Sequence record: SRR31156797_2307
Strand: one strand, 5' to 3'
Length of the DNA: 20,000 bases
The notes beneath the pieces are model-generated. The model was not told where the DNA came from. It ran no database searches and was given only the letters and a program-made list of their open reading frames with translations. Below, piece after piece: positions 18,073 through 20,000 of this stretch; position 1 is the stretch's first letter, and the number at the start of each line of letters is the position of its first letter. Both the position numbers and the translations under genes were made by a program.

Positions 18073-19097
18073 TGGATACAAACGAGAATATACAACAATT
18101 ATTAAGTAGAACTGATCAGTTAAGAAAACAATCAGATGCTCTTGGCTTATCCCAATACCTTAATTGGGAAAAATATAATAATTACTCAATTGTTCATCAT
18201 TCAACCTCTATTGAAGGTTCAACTCTTACAGAGGTTGAAACGGAACTTTTATTGGATGAAAATATGACAGCCAAGGGAAAGAGTATGGGAGAACATCACA
18301 TGGTACAAGATCATTATAAAGCTCTTTTATATGTTCTTGAACAAGCCAAAAAAAATAGAGAGGTTACTCCAGATTATTTGAAAGAAGTTGCAGCCTTAGT
18401 GATGAAAAATACTGGTTCTGTAATAAATCGCATAACAGGAACTTTTGATTCATCAAAAGGAGATTATCGCTTGGCCGGAGCTTTTGCCGGAAGTAGTACT
18501 TTCCCTGATTATCGAAAAATACCCGATATGATGAAAAATATGTGTGAGGATATTAAGAATGATTTAAGTAGTGATTCTTCTAAAAATAGCCTTATTTCTT
18601 CATTCGATGCACATTTTAAGCTTGTTTCCATTCACCCTTTTGCTGATGGCAATGGAAGAACATCAAGGCTGTTAATGAACCACATTCAACATCAGTCTGG
18701 ACAGCCATTGACCATTGTTTTTAAAGAGGATAAAGCCGATTATTATAATGCTCTAATTGAAAGCAGAAAAAAAGAAGATATAAACATATTCCGAAAGTTT
18801 ATGCTTGGACAACATATCAAACACCTGGAAGGTCAGATAAAAGCTGTTAAACAAGGTGAGCAATCAACGGAAAAAATGCTTTCCGATAAGCCTGAAGAGA
18901 ATCTTTCAAAGGCTATTTACGATGGTAATAAAAAAAAAGTTGATGAATTGATTGTACAAGGGGTAAAACCGAATAAAAAACATATGCAATTAATGAAGGA
19001 AATGGAACAAGAAAATATGAAGATTAATCCAGATATTAAGAAAATAATAACTGAAAACTTTCCTTCACAAGAAAAGAATAAAGGAATGAAGATTTAG
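18072..19097 (+). CDS. Fic-domain protein (AMPylase motif) with C-terminal extension
   Basis: Canonical HPFADGNGRTSR (18633-18668); N-terminal inhibitory motif STSIEG (18201-18218), as in class II Fic proteins. Confidence 0.95.
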   Translation: MDTNENIQQLLSRTDQLRKQSDALGLSQYLNWEKYNNYSIVHHSTSIEGSTLTEVETELLLDENMTAKGKSMGEHHMVQDHYKALLYVLEQAKKNREVTPDYLKEVAALVMKNTGSVINRITGTFDSSKGDYRLAGAFAGSSTFPDYRKIPDMMKNMCEDIKNDLSSDSSKNSLISSFDAHFKLVSIHPFADGNGRTSRLLMNHIQHQSGQPLTIVFKEDKADYYNALIESRKKEDINIFRKFMLGQHIKHLEGQIKAVKQGEQSTEKMLSDKPEENLSKAIYDGNKKKVDELIVQGVKPNKKHMQLMKEMEQENMKINPDIKKIITENFPSQEKNKGMKI

Positions 19098-19125
19098 TCT
19101 CACTAAATGCATAAAAACCAACAAT

Positions 19126-19383
19126 ATGAAAAGCAAATATGAATTAGTAAAGAAAGAATTATATGATATATTTCCTTCAGATAAATATCAAATTAGTATA
19201 GGTGATAGTGCGGAACAAATATCATTAATTAAGGTCGCAAACAATGAAAAAAGCGAAAAACTAATGGAATTGGAGATTTATCTAGGAAGTACTCCAAAAC
19301 TTACAGATTATAAAGGCATAATAGAACTAAATGAGTTGATAGAAATACTATCCAAGATTAACAACATTTTGGATAAAAGATAG
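19126..19383 (+). CDS. Hypothetical protein, 85 aa
   Basis: ATG after an A-rich leader, plausible composition, co-oriented with neighbours. Confidence 0.55.
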   Translation: MKSKYELVKKELYDIFPSDKYQISIGDSAEQISLIKVANNEKSEKLMELEIYLGSTPKLTDYKGIIELNELIEILSKINNILDKR

Positions 19384-19471
19384 TGCCAGCAAACGCATAA
19401 ATAAAAAATCGTTTGACGGTAGTTGTCGCAACCTAAAACTATATTGCACAAAATTTAATAAGATTGAAGAT

Positions 19472-19726
19472 ATGAGTTATACTATTTTAGAAACACATTG
19501 TGTATTTGATAAAGAACAGATAAAAGAAGTTGCTGTCCTTTGGGATGATGATGGATATGTAAGAGGTACGTACTGCGATACAAAACCAAAGGGGGGTTAT
19601 GAGTACTTAAAAGGGAATGAATCTGTAACACCAGAACTTTTTCAAAGGGTAGCGGGAGCAGGAACCTACCTTACCAATGAACAGAAAGAAAGGTTCTTTC
19701 CTGGAGACAAAAAGTGGTCACGATAA
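19472..19726 (+). CDS. Hypothetical protein, 84 aa
   Basis: ATG after an A-rich leader, globular-protein composition; no family recognised. Confidence 0.65.
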   Translation: MSYTILETHCVFDKEQIKEVAVLWDDDGYVRGTYCDTKPKGGYEYLKGNESVTPELFQRVAGAGTYLTNEQKERFFPGDKKWSR

Positions 19727-19826
19727 ATCAATTCCTAAACGAACACTCTCAGCAAACGCACGGAAACAAAGAGGGGGAGAGACTTAGTTACTAAATAAGT
19801 CAGTGTAGAGTTAGTTGTATTATAAA

Positions 19827-19853
19827 AATTAACGATTTCGTTAATTAACGAAA
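19827..19853. repeat. Nested palindromes
   Basis: AATTAACGA-TT-TCGTTAATT (19827-19846) overlaps the perfect 18-bp palindrome TTTCGTTAATTAACGAAA (19836-19853). Confidence 0.8.
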
Positions 19854-19864
19854 ATTAGCTCCGA

Positions 19865-19927
19865 ATGAGAAAACAGACAAACATTGGTATTTTAGTCATA
19901 TTGTCTGTTTGTATCCTTGGATTATAA
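19865..19927 (+). CDS. Putative 20-aa membrane peptide MRKQTNIGILVILSVCILGL
   Basis: Manual translation, below the ORF-track cutoff. Basic N-terminus plus hydrophobic helix; stop lies 6 nt before a terminator. Confidence 0.4.
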   Translation: MRKQTNIGILVILSVCILGL

Positions 19928-19933
19928 AAGAAG

Positions 19934-19973
19934 AAAGGCACTATCAAATGTTCTGATAGTGCCTTTTATTTTT
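19934..19973. terminator. Strong intrinsic terminator, probably bidirectional
   Basis: 13-bp perfect stem AAAGGCACTATCA (19934-19946) / TGATAGTGCCTTT (19954-19966), 7-nt loop, T-rich 3' side and A-rich 5' side. Confidence 0.85.
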
Positions 19974-20000
19974 AACCAAACCTAACCCTAAACTATGAGT

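Noticed and set aside
17794-19097. Classical FicA/FicT or Phd/Doc toxin-antitoxin call
   Set aside because: The Fic carries its own inhibitory motif, and the partner is an XRE-HTH without a clear FicA motif.
1-20000. rRNA, tRNA, CRISPR array, intact transposase or terminal inverted repeats
   Set aside because: None recognised by eye; an Rfam/tRNA scan would be needed to exclude small RNAs.

Overview
AT-rich DNA, probably Bacteroidota (inferred from protein families, A-rich starts without Shine-Dalgarno motifs and a TAnnTTTG-like promoter box). All credible genes are on the + strand. 1-15220 is one co-directional cluster: the tail of a membrane-fusion (adaptor) protein, a TolC-family channel, a membrane protein, an O-antigen ligase/O-OTase-like protein, a membrane-anchored multi-lectin protein, a degenerate SurA/PrsA-like lipoprotein, a CBM9/DOMON-like protein, four GT4 glycosyltransferases and a MurJ/MviN-family flippase with altered substrate-binding residues. 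This resembles a dedicated glycan assembly/transfer system linked to an exporter rather than a standard Wzx/Wzy/Wza locus. 15221-16600 is a decayed spacer. 16600-20000 is mobile-element-like: res-like sites and a serine resolvase, a truncated WYL-type HTH, a tandem palindromic operator, an XRE-HTH/Fic pair whose Fic has an unusual C-terminal tail, two small orphan ORFs, and an unannotated 20-aa hydrophobic peptide between nested palindromes and a strong terminator. All family calls come from motif recognition by eye; no searches were run.
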